From: Opitutales bacterium
GTDB taxonomy: Bacteria > Verrucomicrobiota > Verrucomicrobiia > Opitutales > JAFGAQ01
Length of the DNA: 64,000 bases
Reading direction: 5' to 3'
NCBI GenBank assembly: GCA_022361075.1
Contig: JAKSBQ010000466.1
Location: 7,680-71,679 of the forward strand
The notes below the pieces were generated by a model. That model worked only from the letters and a program-made list of their open reading frames with translations, was not told the DNA's origin and made no database searches. Position 1 is the stretch's first letter. Each line of letters begins with the position of its first letter. This document shows positions 45,139 through 54,953 of the stretch, one piece after another. The position numbers and the translations under genes are program-made.

Positions 45139-46008
45139 CTAAAAATAAACCCTTGCCTTACTCACTCCAACCACCTCAGCCTGGATGTCCCGGTAGGACT
45201 GCAGATTTCGCACGCGAATCACCTGTCCTTTGACACCGTCCTCAAGTGCTTTGCCCTTGAGACTAATCTTCATCCAACCCTCACGTGCAACGACTTCAAC
45301 GATCTGATTTCTCCTCACCAGCGGACGTTCCTTCAGATCTCTCCAGTAAAGAGGATCACCCGCCTTCACCCCATTTGCAGCAATGTACTCGTTGAGAGGT
45401 GTGCCTAGATCGACAGGAGTCTGGTAAAGCCCCAAAACGTCCACAGGCTGCAAGGAAAACATGCCTTCATTGAACACATCTCCACGGTTCACTCGCTGAT
45501 TCGCAACGTAGGCTTCCATCCACAGCTCACACCGCACTCCCTCTTGCCAGCTTCCGACACGGGATCCACCTGACCAAAGCTCGAAATTCAAATAAAACCG
45601 CGACCTTAATCCCTGTGATGGGAACGATGTAACTGCGATTTCCCAGTGCCCCTGATCAACATCAATCGCCTTCCAGGGACGATCGAAATAGACCCGCATA
45701 TCCTGGGTAACACCAAACTGATCAGCTAACTGGTGACGAATCGAGTCGATCACCATTTTTTCGTCGATCTTTACCTTCAACGCCGGACCACGATCGATCT
45801 CAACAACAGGCTTTTTGGGTTTGACGACTACCTTTGGCTCTTCCTTTGGAGGTTCGACACGGGTGGAATGCAGGAGACCATCCAAATCGACAGATGCCAG
45901 CATCGTCTTCTTGTCCTGGCGGGGGCCATCCACTGCCCAAAGGGCATTCCCCAACTGCCCTATCAGAAGGGCGGTCAACATCGCTTTTCTAGCTTTGTCT
46001 AAGTTCAT
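45139..46008 (-). CDS. flgA: Flagellar P-ring assembly chaperone
   Basis: Signal peptide and C-terminal SAF/FlgA pattern (RPLVRRNQIVEVVAREGWMKISLKGKALEDGVKGQVIRVRNLQSYRDIQAEVVG). Confidence 0.8.
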   Translation of the reverse strand: MNLDKARKAMLTALLIGQLGNALWAVDGPRQDKKTMLASVDLDGLLHSTRVEPPKEEPKVVVKPKKPVVEIDRGPALKVKIDEKMVIDSIRHQLADQFGVTQDMRVYFDRPWKAIDVDQGHWEIAVTSFPSQGLRSRFYLNFELWSGGSRVGSWQEGVRCELWMEAYVANQRVNRGDVFNEGMFSLQPVDVLGLYQTPVDLGTPLNEYIAANGVKAGDPLYWRDLKERPLVRRNQIVEVVAREGWMKISLKGKALEDGVKGQVIRVRNLQSYRDIQAEVVGVSKARVYF

Positions 46009-46028
46009 GGTTAAAAGGTTAAAAATTT

Positions 46029-46811
46029 CTATCGTTTGAGGGTCGCGATTTGACGAAGCATATCATCCGAGGTCTGGATGGACTTTGAGTTAATCTCGTA
46101 GGCGCGCTGCGCGATGATCATGTTCACCATCTCCTGCACCACATTCACGTTGGACATCTCGAGGAATCCTTGCCGAACGAACCCAAATCCATTCTGGCCT
46201 ACGTTACCTGTCTCAGGTACGCCACTCGCGTTAGTCTCCGCAAAGAGATTTCCACCCATACTCTCCAGACCCGCGGCATTCACAAAACGAACCAACTGAA
46301 TCGTACCTGCGTTAGTCTGTGTGATTCCATCATCAACGGTAACTTCCCCCGTACCTGATATGAACACCCGGTTCGCATTGAGCGGAATTGCCGGGAAGTT
46401 CTGCACGGGTAGACCCGAGCTCGTTGTTACCTGTCCATTTCCATCGATCTTAAAAGCACCATCACGGGTAAAAGCTCTCGATCCATCCGAACGTTGAACC
46501 TCAAAAAAACCATCTCCCTCGATTGCAATGTCTAACTGCTCGCCAGTTTCAGTCAGTTGCCCCTGAGTAAAAACCTTACTGGTTGATACGATTTGGCTAC
46601 CGTTACCAAGTTCTACTGAGGTCGGTACCACATTTCCTCCACCCGCATCACCACCTGCTGGTTTGGACTGCTGATAGAGCAAATCCTGAAACTCCGCCTT
46701 ACTTCGCTTGAAGCCAGTGGTGTTCACGTTGGCGATGTTGTTTGAAATTGTGTTTAGATTGTGCTGCTGCGCCTCCATTCCAGAAGCAGCTGAGTAAAGG
46801 GATAGATTCAT
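46029..46811 (-). CDS. flgG: Flagellar distal rod protein
   Basis: MNLSLYSAASGMEAQQHNLNTISNNIANVNTTGFKR ... SNVNVVQEMVNMIIAQRAYEINSKSIQTSDDML. 260 aa. Confidence 0.95.
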   Translation of the reverse strand: MNLSLYSAASGMEAQQHNLNTISNNIANVNTTGFKRSKAEFQDLLYQQSKPAGGDAGGGNVVPTSVELGNGSQIVSTSKVFTQGQLTETGEQLDIAIEGDGFFEVQRSDGSRAFTRDGAFKIDGNGQVTTSSGLPVQNFPAIPLNANRVFISGTGEVTVDDGITQTNAGTIQLVRFVNAAGLESMGGNLFAETNASGVPETGNVGQNGFGFVRQGFLEMSNVNVVQEMVNMIIAQRAYEINSKSIQTSDDMLRQIATLKR

Positions 46812-46852
46812 TTTGCGGTCCTTTTCTCGTGGTTTATCTTCAAAATTCAGGA

Positions 46853-47596
46853 TCAGGTGGCTCCGAGCACCTCGATCGTTTTACCCATCTTTTCGTCGAG
46901 GGTCTGGATTACTTTTTGGTTCACTTCAAATGCTCTGGAGACACTGATCAGATTTACCATCTGCTCCATCGGGGTGACGTTAGAGTCCTCTAACTGTCCT
47001 TGAAGAATGTCCGGCTCGATCATCTCCTTGCGGCGGAGTGGATTGTCAGGGTCTACTCTGAAACCGCCTGGAACTCGAATGAGGGATTCTTTTTCATAGT
47101 AGTCTACAATGTCCAATTCACCTACCTTGTTGATTCCCTGAGTGATTTCACCGGTTCGCGAAATTGTGATCTCCCCGTAATTGGGTTGAACACGCATGGG
47201 CCCCGTCTCTCCTAACACCGGGTGCCCCTGCTTGTTTACGATCTGATTGTCAGGATCGATGTGGAATTCCCCATCCCGCGATATGTATTCGTAACCGTCG
47301 CCCTGAATTCTGAAAAAACCTTCACCACGGATCGCCATATGAGTCGGCGAACCAGTCTGCTTCAACATACCTCCTGTAAAATCCGCGGATGGCGTTGAGA
47401 TCGCCATCGTCACGGGCATACTCAGCGATCCTTTTTCGGTGGGGATACCCATTTTACCAGCGTGAATCGCCTCAAATGACATCTGCTGCCCCTTATAACC
47501 AGGCACTCCACTTGACGCGATATTCTGCGAAGTGACTTCCTGCCATCTTTGGAGAGAAGCCAGGGATGTTGCCGCGTTGTAGAGTCCTGTTTCCAT
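46853..47596 (-). CDS. flgF: Flagellar proximal rod protein
   Basis: I chose the start METGLYNAATSLASLQRWQEVTSQNIASSGVPGYK (47596) by homology to rod-protein N-termini. The C-terminus is SNVTPMEQMVNLISVSRAFEVNQKVIQTLD. Confidence 0.85.
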   Translation of the reverse strand: METGLYNAATSLASLQRWQEVTSQNIASSGVPGYKGQQMSFEAIHAGKMGIPTEKGSLSMPVTMAISTPSADFTGGMLKQTGSPTHMAIRGEGFFRIQGDGYEYISRDGEFHIDPDNQIVNKQGHPVLGETGPMRVQPNYGEITISRTGEITQGINKVGELDIVDYYEKESLIRVPGGFRVDPDNPLRRKEMIEPDILQGQLEDSNVTPMEQMVNLISVSRAFEVNQKVIQTLDEKMGKTIEVLGAT

Positions 47597-47784
47597 GTGT
47601 GCAACGTTAAGCACAGGCAATACCAGTTACCTAACACATTGATATTCAACACTCTTCAAGAAAAACAAAATTCAGAGAGGAAATATTTACCGCTGTGATC
47701 CGGCAGATTTTGAAAACCTTTCGCTCAACCATCAATACAGGTTGTCTGGATTGAATGCTTGCTCTATCTTCCGAACCGCCCGCT

Positions 47785-48450
47785 ATGACTGACAAAAAGA
47801 AATCGTTCGACGAAATGCACCCCACTTCTGGTTTCACAAACCTGGAAGAAATCTTCAACGCGATCACTCATGGGATCGGTTTTCTGCTCGGAATAGCGGG
47901 TCTCGTGTTGGCTGTGGTGTTTGCCAGCATTCGATCTGATGCCTGGTTAGTCGTCGCATGTTCGATCTACGGCGCCAGTTTGGTAATCCTCTACGCTGCT
48001 TCTACTTTTTATCATGCCATCCGCCACCTACCGACCAAAAAAGTCTTCATGATTCTCGACCACTGCGGAATTTACCTACTCATCGCGGGAACCTACACAC
48101 CCTTCGTGCTTGGCCCACTCAGGGGACCGCTCGGATGGTCGTTTTTTGGAGTGATCTGGGGAATCGCCATAGTCGGAATTGTTTTAGAATCGATCAGCAA
48201 GACTCACGGTGGTATTCGATCTTCGATCATTTACCTAGTCATGGGATGGCTCATTGTGGGTGCGATCGCACAACTTTACGCAACACTCTCCACATTTGGT
48301 TTCGTGATGCTCGTGGTAGGCGGGGTTTGCTATTCAATAGGTGTGATCTTTTACCTATGGAAAAATCTACCCTTCGGCCATGTCGTCTGGCATCTATGGG
48401 TAGTTGCTGGATCGGTCTGCAATTTCTTCGCGGTATTCAGTTTGTTATGA
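47785..48450 (+). CDS. Hemolysin III / PAQR family membrane protein
   Basis: EEIFNAITHGIGF...YAASTFYHA...DHCGIYLLIAGTYTP...HVVWHLWV. Seven TM helices. The start is the ATG at 47785 (MTDKKK). Confidence 0.85.
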   Translation: MTDKKKSFDEMHPTSGFTNLEEIFNAITHGIGFLLGIAGLVLAVVFASIRSDAWLVVACSIYGASLVILYAASTFYHAIRHLPTKKVFMILDHCGIYLLIAGTYTPFVLGPLRGPLGWSFFGVIWGIAIVGIVLESISKTHGGIRSSIIYLVMGWLIVGAIAQLYATLSTFGFVMLVVGGVCYSIGVIFYLWKNLPFGHVVWHLWVVAGSVCNFFAVFSLL

Positions 48451-48530
48451 CCAAAATGATTCATCCTAGAATTCATTGCATAGTGAATAGCTGAGCGTTG
48501 CAAAAAGAGATCTTTCTCAAAAGTTAAGAC

Positions 48531-49664
48531 ATGAGCAGATTATCAATTACAGTCTACATCATCTCAATTCTATGCTCTTTAACATCAGTTTTTGCCATGT
48601 CGAACAATGATTCTGGCACTGACGACCCGTTGAAAATAGCCGTTATAGGTTTAACGCACACACATGTTCATTGGATATTCGAGAGTGAAAAAAGAAGGGA
48701 CGATTTTGAGATAGTAGCTATTGTTGAACCAAACGCGGATTTAGCGAAACGCTATTCCGATCAACATGGCTTTAACATCTCGGAAGTTTATGCCTCCATG
48801 GATTTGCTACCCGAATCTAAACCTATCGAAGCATTTGCAGCATTTGGCAGTATTTATGAGCATTTGCAAGTGGTGGAATTTGCTGCTCCAAGAGGGATTC
48901 ATGTCATGGTGGAAAAACCATTAGCAGTCAGCATGGAACATGCATCAAAGATGCATGCTCTTGCAGAAGAGCATAATATCCACTTGTTGACCAATTACGA
49001 AACAACTTGGTATCCGACCAACCACCGATTAAAGGAACTACTCAAAGAAGGTGTAATCGGAGAAGTTCGAAAAGTGGTAGTTCACGACGGTCACAAAGGA
49101 CCGAAGAAGTTGGGTATTAATAGTGAGTTTTTAGATTGGCTACTCGATCCAAAACTAAACGGTGGAGGAGCAATTACGGATTTTGGTTGTTATGGGGTGA
49201 ATTTGATGACTTGGCTACTTGATGGTGAAAAACCACGTTCTGTTACTGCGGTCACCCAGCAATTACAGCCAGAAAATAATCCCAAAGTTGACGATGAAGC
49301 TACTATCATTCTTGCCTATGAAAAATCACAGGCAGTGATTCAGGCTTCTTGGAATTGGCCAATCGGTCGGAAGGATATGGATGTATACGGTTTGCTAGGA
49401 AGTGTCTCAGCTCTTAATCGTAACGATCTGAGGGTCCGAATTGCTAAGGGATATGACGACTTTTCTGAAAACAACCATCGTTTAAAAACCAGAAGCGCAC
49501 CACTTGACGATCCATTTTCGTATTTCGCCGCTGTTGTGCGTGGGAAAATAATACCGGAACCCTACGACTTATCTTCTTTAGAGAATAACATGATCGTAAT
49601 GGAGATTTTGGATGCAGCCATCCGCAGTTCAAAAACCGGTCAAACGATTTGGCTCACGCCCTAA
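48531..49664 (+). CDS. Secreted Gfo/Idh/MocA-family NAD(P)-dependent oxidoreductase
   Basis: Signal peptide, then KIAVIGLTHTHVHW (Rossmann N-terminus), VMVEKPLA and the C-terminal alpha/beta domain. Confidence 0.8.
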   Translation: MSRLSITVYIISILCSLTSVFAMSNNDSGTDDPLKIAVIGLTHTHVHWIFESEKRRDDFEIVAIVEPNADLAKRYSDQHGFNISEVYASMDLLPESKPIEAFAAFGSIYEHLQVVEFAAPRGIHVMVEKPLAVSMEHASKMHALAEEHNIHLLTNYETTWYPTNHRLKELLKEGVIGEVRKVVVHDGHKGPKKLGINSEFLDWLLDPKLNGGGAITDFGCYGVNLMTWLLDGEKPRSVTAVTQQLQPENNPKVDDEATIILAYEKSQAVIQASWNWPIGRKDMDVYGLLGSVSALNRNDLRVRIAKGYDDFSENNHRLKTRSAPLDDPFSYFAAVVRGKIIPEPYDLSSLENNMIVMEILDAAIRSSKTGQTIWLTP

Positions 49665-49862
49665 CAATGTAACACGCGGATCATTGCCGGATCGATTGCT
49701 TTCATCCACCAAAGTATTGCCTACCTCTCATCGAAATGAGAGCCATCGCTATTCCTGCACCAATTACAATTTGCCAAACTCCATCCATGATATCCAAGAT
49801 TCAGGATAATTTTAGATGTTCTATATCCAAAAAACAATAGCAGAGAAAGGGCCGGAGACAAC

Positions 49863-50543
49863 ATGAAGAATGTATTGATAACTGGTGCTACCAGTGGAAT
49901 CGGGTGGGAACTCGCAACCCAACTTAGAGAGTTGGATTACAATGTATTCGCAACTGGTCGTGACCTATCCAAACTGACAATGCTTCGGAGTGAATTTGGC
50001 TGCTTATGTAAAGAAGCAGATTTGACGGTAAGCTCAGAAATTCCAGATCTATTTGAAGATGCGCACCAGAGAATGGGCAGTGTAGACATTCTCATCAATA
50101 ATGCCGGACTCAATAATTCAAAATGCCCTGTCGCGGAAATAAATGAAGAGGACTGGGATCAGCAATATGCCGTTAATTTGCGTGCACCCTTTTTGCTATG
50201 CAGAGAAGCTATGAGAGTCATGCAGCCCAGGAAACAGGGGCATATCATCAATATCAATAGCACCGTTGCTAAAACCTCTATGCCCAATTACGCCATTTAT
50301 TCGACCATGAAGTATGGGCTGATGGGCTTTACTCAATGCCTGATTAAGGAAGCTAGTCAGCATAACATCAAAGTGACTTCAGTTCATCCGGGAGGCACTG
50401 ATACCGATTTTAGAGAAGCGGAACGTCCAGATTACTTACGCGCAGATTCCACTGCCAAAATGATCATCCAATGCATAACAACACCTGATGACGTTGTCGT
50501 CCATGACCTAACTTTCCGGCCGATTATCGAAAGCAATTTTTAG
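49863..50543 (+). CDS. Short-chain dehydrogenase/reductase (SDR)
   Basis: VLITGATSGIGWE (TGxxxGxG), NNAG, and the catalytic YSTMK (YxxxK). Confidence 0.9.
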   Translation: MKNVLITGATSGIGWELATQLRELDYNVFATGRDLSKLTMLRSEFGCLCKEADLTVSSEIPDLFEDAHQRMGSVDILINNAGLNNSKCPVAEINEEDWDQQYAVNLRAPFLLCREAMRVMQPRKQGHIININSTVAKTSMPNYAIYSTMKYGLMGFTQCLIKEASQHNIKVTSVHPGGTDTDFREAERPDYLRADSTAKMIIQCITTPDDVVVHDLTFRPIIESNF

Positions 50544-50560
50544 ATCATTCAGGTAGTGTA

Positions 50561-51379
50561 CTAAATCCGACTTAACTCTGTTTTCAGGTAATTAACTCCA
50601 ACATCAGCCCAATCTATTTGAAGCTGATTTGATGCTTCGAAATCTTCCTGCAACGGAGTCCATTGTTCGAGAATCACACTCATTTCAGGATCTACTTTAT
50701 TTGCCTCACGCAATAGTCGCGGGATGTCCAACTTTCCTTTGCCCGTCACTTCTCCAGTAACCGTAAATCCCATGTCGGTAGCACCACGGGTCACTGTATA
50801 ATCTTTGACGTGTAGATTAATTGTCAGCGGAAGCAAAAGCTCGGCAACTTCCCAAACACCTTCACCTCGACCGAGAGAATTCACTGTATCCAAACAAATA
50901 CCGACATACGGGTCGTTGATGACCTCCACCATGATCTTGAGGTCGTGTATGCTAGAAGTCTCATGATTTTCCACAGCAAGGCGAATCCCAGCTTCTTTAA
51001 GATCAGGTAGAATTGTTTTGAGATCTGTTAGCTCCTTTTGAAGACCCTCCGAAGGAGTGACAAAGATCGTTCGCATCATGCGGGAGCCAAGTTGTTTCCC
51101 CACATCAATCCATCGGCGAAGTTGTTCAGGATCAGAGCCTATGGTACCCACCTCAATTTCCACTTGCTTTTCTTTGGCGAATCGGGTCAGTGCCTCAAGT
51201 TGCTCGAGATCGAACGAAGCAAGATCCGGTAAATTCACGATCTGAACAATCTGCACACTTCGTTGATGGGCATCCTCAACCAGCTCTTCTGCAGTCATTC
51301 GCTTCAACCCCTCTGACAAAGAAGGGCCGTAAACACCAGTCGCCCAACCGTAAGTATAAGATCCAATCCCTAGTTTCAT
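50561..51379 (-). CDS. Sugar phosphate isomerase/epimerase (xylose isomerase-like TIM barrel)
   Basis: 272 aa with AVENHE and LDTVNS metal-ligand-like motifs typical of AP_endonuc_2 TIM barrels. 4-nt overlap with the upstream MFS gene. Confidence 0.7.
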   Translation of the reverse strand: MKLGIGSYTYGWATGVYGPSLSEGLKRMTAEELVEDAHQRSVQIVQIVNLPDLASFDLEQLEALTRFAKEKQVEIEVGTIGSDPEQLRRWIDVGKQLGSRMMRTIFVTPSEGLQKELTDLKTILPDLKEAGIRLAVENHETSSIHDLKIMVEVINDPYVGICLDTVNSLGRGEGVWEVAELLLPLTINLHVKDYTVTRGATDMGFTVTGEVTGKGKLDIPRLLREANKVDPEMSVILEQWTPLQEDFEASNQLQIDWADVGVNYLKTELSRI

Positions 51380-52608
51380 GACGCTTCAGCTTCGGGTGCA
51401 AGCTCGCGAGTCGGATCGATTTTGAGGAACAGAAATGACGATACCGCCAACATTCCCGCGATGAAATACAAAGGCATGTTGTAATCGCCTCCAAACCATT
51501 CCACCACGTAACCAAAGAGCAGCGCGCACAAGAACCCTCCAAAATTCCCAGCCGTATTCATCGCTCCGGAAATCGCTCCAGCGTAATTTTTGCCTACATC
51601 CAGACAAAGGGCCCACGCACTCGGTAACATGAAGTCCATGACGCCGAAACTAATCGCAAGAAGTGCAACCGTCATCCACTTCCCTGGAAGCGCACCCGCA
51701 AAAGCCAAAAGAATCGCTGAAAGTCCAAGACAAACTCCTCCAATCAAGCGTCGCCCAACCTTGAGGCCAAATTTCTTAGACAAGTAATCACTAGCAAAAC
51801 CTCCAAGCACATTCGAGATCATACCCAGTACGAAGGGTGCCGAGGCAGCAAATCCCATCTCAACTTCGGTCAATCCACGTCCTTTCACAAGATAAACGTG
51901 CAGCCACGAGAAATAAAACCACGACCCCCAAACATAAAACCAATACATGCCCAAAATGAGCCAAAACTGGGGATTCCTAAGAAACCGATTCCACGGGATC
52001 TTCACCTTCGCCTGCGTTTCGACTTCCACCTTTGCTCCGGCAGTTTCCTGAGGTTTTTTATCCCGATAAAACAGAATCCAAAGCACACCCCAGACCAAGC
52101 CGATCATGCCAAGAATGATAAAAGCCGCTCGCCAACCAGCCGTCGCCATCAGGGGAATCATCATCACTGGCGCAAGTGCTCCACCCGCTCGGCTAGCCCC
52201 CCAAATGAATCCTTGAGCGATGCCTCGTTCGCTCGAAGGGAACCACTTTGCAATGCTGGCGGACATGCATGGATAAGCTCCGGCCTCACCCACTCCAAAC
52301 ATAAACCTAACTACCAGCAAAACACCCAGGCCTGCTACTAGACCCGTCAAACCCGTAAAAAAGGACCACCAAATTACGATGCCAGCCAACACCCAACGTT
52401 GACCCCATTTGTCACCGAGAGCCCCAAGCGGGATTTGAAAAAGGCTATAGGAAAGCACAAAGCTACTCAGCACCAAACCCCAGTCACTTGGGCTGATGTT
52501 GAGATCCTCCATCATACGAGGACCCGCCGTGGCGATTGCTACACGATCCAGAAAAGTGATCACTCCAAGGAGGACCATCAAGAATAGAATCCAATATCGG
52601 TACTTCAT
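51376..52608 (-). CDS. MFS transporter (anion:cation symporter/hexuronate-like family)
   Basis: 410 aa, 12 TM helices. DRVAIATAGPRMMEDLNISPSDWGLVLSSFVLSYSLFQIPLGALGDKWGQR is typical of ACS-family MFS transporters. Confidence 0.8.
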   Translation of the reverse strand: MKYRYWILFLMVLLGVITFLDRVAIATAGPRMMEDLNISPSDWGLVLSSFVLSYSLFQIPLGALGDKWGQRWVLAGIVIWWSFFTGLTGLVAGLGVLLVVRFMFGVGEAGAYPCMSASIAKWFPSSERGIAQGFIWGASRAGGALAPVMMIPLMATAGWRAAFIILGMIGLVWGVLWILFYRDKKPQETAGAKVEVETQAKVKIPWNRFLRNPQFWLILGMYWFYVWGSWFYFSWLHVYLVKGRGLTEVEMGFAASAPFVLGMISNVLGGFASDYLSKKFGLKVGRRLIGGVCLGLSAILLAFAGALPGKWMTVALLAISFGVMDFMLPSAWALCLDVGKNYAGAISGAMNTAGNFGGFLCALLFGYVVEWFGGDYNMPLYFIAGMLAVSSFLFLKIDPTRELAPEAEAS

Positions 52609-52616
52609 ACGCCTCC

Positions 52617-53276
52617 TCAGTTTTGCTTTAAATAATCGCGGATACTCTCCACCCCCAGTCTCGGACTTGAGAGAACCGGAACTCCAGCTAACGCCTCCAG
52701 TTCTTCCTGCATCCGCGCCATCGATCCCTGAGCGAGCACAATACCGTCCACCGAATCTGCAATTGATCTGGCAGTTTCGCGAAGCAGATCATCATGTCTG
52801 TCCGCATCGCCGCCAATCATCGCTTCAAACGCACCTTTAGCCAGCCCATCCACTATTTCAACCGACTTTCCTTTCTCTTGCGCAACAGCTTCGATGAGGC
52901 GAATCGTCGGATCCAACGTGCTCTGCAAAGTCGCCATCACGCCGACTCGATCAAAGCGTTTCACAGCAATCTCAGCCATGGCATCATCGATTTTGATGAT
53001 CGGAATCGGAATAAAGGTTCTCGCCTCGATCGCCACATCGCCAACGCTTGAGCAGGTATTAAAAATCAGATCCGCTCCAGCATCTACTGCGGCCTGGTAG
53101 TAATCCTTCAATCGACTACTGACTCCTTCCGTCACTTTGGACTCAGCGATCACATCCTGAATGAGACTATCGTCCACAATATTGAACAACTTCACTTCAG
53201 GTAGAATCTCAGCAAACAGAGATTTTGTGGGTTCGACCATTGGCATGGCCGTGTGCACAGCTGCAATCTTCTTCAT
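52617..53276 (-). CDS. Asp/Glu/hydantoin racemase-family protein
   Basis: 219 aa with two half-site motifs, LIFNTCSSVG and IVLAQGSMARM. The second catalytic Cys appears to be replaced by Ser. Confidence 0.55.
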   Translation of the reverse strand: MKKIAAVHTAMPMVEPTKSLFAEILPEVKLFNIVDDSLIQDVIAESKVTEGVSSRLKDYYQAAVDAGADLIFNTCSSVGDVAIEARTFIPIPIIKIDDAMAEIAVKRFDRVGVMATLQSTLDPTIRLIEAVAQEKGKSVEIVDGLAKGAFEAMIGGDADRHDDLLRETARSIADSVDGIVLAQGSMARMQEELEALAGVPVLSSPRLGVESIRDYLKQN

Positions 53277-53393
53277 AGAGGGTAATATGGGGTGATCAAA
53301 TAGAGAGAATGTCGTGACAATGCAGAATCAAAAGCAGCACGACAAGAAGAAATCCGGGCAAACTACTAGGCCGAAGTCTGTTCTGAAAATACG

Positions 53394-54869
53394 TTACGCG
53401 ACCTGAAGTTCGGTGGAGCGACCCGCCACATCAACTGTTTTTACACTGATTGGGATGGAACCTTCCGTAGGTTTTGAAACCACAAATTCAAACGGTTTCA
53501 TTGAAGTCTGAGGTTTGTGGGCAATCTCGCCAAGAACCTGGCCTCCTCTGCACACTTGATATTTTGCGATCGGTTCATCGCCTGCAATCGCGGTATCCCA
53601 AGTGATCTTAATTCCGTCTGAAACCGCCTTGGATTTCAAATTCGCTACACGACCAAGTCCCTCATATTCCTCCTGGAAGTAATTGGTCTCTCCATCGCGA
53701 ACCTTTGCGGTCATCTTACCGATTTCTCTCCGCTGGTTCTCAGTCAGTCCTTCGGGACGGATCTGTGCAGCCGACAAGTTTTGAGTAAGCTGACATTGCT
53801 TAGCATCGTCAGAAACCTGTCCGGTGCCGATGATCGCCGTGCTGATTCCCGGAACGCTTAGCGAATACTCTACCAAACGACGGCTGGGCAAATCGGGAGT
53901 TCCCACTTTGCGGATCACATGACTCGAATCCTTGGAAAAGTGATTACCCTTCCCATACATCGTTCCGTCAGAGAAGACCTTCATCGCGATGATACCCATG
54001 TCCTTAGCCTTCGCCACAGGAATCGTGTTATATTGAAAATTGTTGTAAATCCGATCGTTCCCATTGATCGCGATGAGCATTCCTTCAAGCAGATTTTCCT
54101 CGTCCCGACGAATCATCTCCATCATGACCGAAGGGGAAAGGTGCCCAGAGAATCCAACGTGTTTAATCAGCTTCTCTTCTTTCGGATTGATTCCAGTTAG
54201 ATTAGTGCCGTCACGAAGATCTCTCAATCCAGCCAATGCCCCGATCACTTCCATGTCCGGGCGGGTTCCATCAAGTCCAGTGTAGAGGTAGTCGATCTGC
54301 TCAACACTCTTCAGGGCGTGAATCAAAACCATGTCCAGGTAGGCTCCTTTTGGATAAGCGCCTTTTCCATCTCCAAATACTTGGGACAACGAACGCTTCA
54401 CATCATCGACAATCGTGATTGAGCTCCGAGGCCCGTTGGTCCATCCCCGCATCACACCATTTTCAGGGGTCCCCTTACAAAGACGAAGTCCGGACTTGCT
54501 GGTCAAAAAGATACTTTTTCTTTTGGACTCATCGTATCCGGGTAACCCGGGCACCAGCCCAAGCTCACGAAAAGCGCGTCCGAAATGAAGCTGACTGGGG
54601 CCATAAACATTCGAGGTATCGAAGTAGTTTACGCCTGCGTTGTAAGCCTTCACCACAATGGCAGCCGGGTCGACATCATCAGGAGTCCACTGGATCGACG
54701 CTTGTCCACCGAGCCCCAGACTGGTGACTTCAAAGGGAATCCGACCAAAGCTTCGCTTCATCGGATTCGTTACACCTATTTTTCCAGTGCTGACATAGGG
54801 AGCGATCGATAGACCAGCAGACAAAGCTGCGCCACGTTTAAGGAAGTCACGACGGGTAATGGAGCTCAT
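53394..54869 (-). CDS. Tat-exported aldo/keto reductase with extra C-terminal beta-sandwich domain
   Basis: Twin-arginine signal SITRRDFLKRGAALSAGLSIAP. AKR core (LGLGGQASIQW...AGVNYFDTSNVYG). A ~90-aa C-terminal extension (KITWDTAIAGDEPIAKYQVCRGGQVLGEI...) looks FN3/Ig-like. Confidence 0.75.
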   Translation of the reverse strand: MSSITRRDFLKRGAALSAGLSIAPYVSTGKIGVTNPMKRSFGRIPFEVTSLGLGGQASIQWTPDDVDPAAIVVKAYNAGVNYFDTSNVYGPSQLHFGRAFRELGLVPGLPGYDESKRKSIFLTSKSGLRLCKGTPENGVMRGWTNGPRSSITIVDDVKRSLSQVFGDGKGAYPKGAYLDMVLIHALKSVEQIDYLYTGLDGTRPDMEVIGALAGLRDLRDGTNLTGINPKEEKLIKHVGFSGHLSPSVMMEMIRRDEENLLEGMLIAINGNDRIYNNFQYNTIPVAKAKDMGIIAMKVFSDGTMYGKGNHFSKDSSHVIRKVGTPDLPSRRLVEYSLSVPGISTAIIGTGQVSDDAKQCQLTQNLSAAQIRPEGLTENQRREIGKMTAKVRDGETNYFQEEYEGLGRVANLKSKAVSDGIKITWDTAIAGDEPIAKYQVCRGGQVLGEIAHKPQTSMKPFEFVVSKPTEGSIPISVKTVDVAGRSTELQVA

Positions 54870-54953
54870 GAATATTAAGGGGTTAAGTCGTTTTAGATTT
54901 CAGGAAGTTGGCAAAAGCATATACTCGTTCCCCTGAGCCTACAAGCACTATGT

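Noticed and set aside
47609-47625. Sigma-54-like element TGGTAT-N5..TGCTT (minus strand) upstream of flgF
   Set aside because: The GG/GC spacing is correct, but the -12 element would sit only ~12 nt from the chosen ATG (47596) and inside the alternative longer ORF. The match is weak, so I do not call it.
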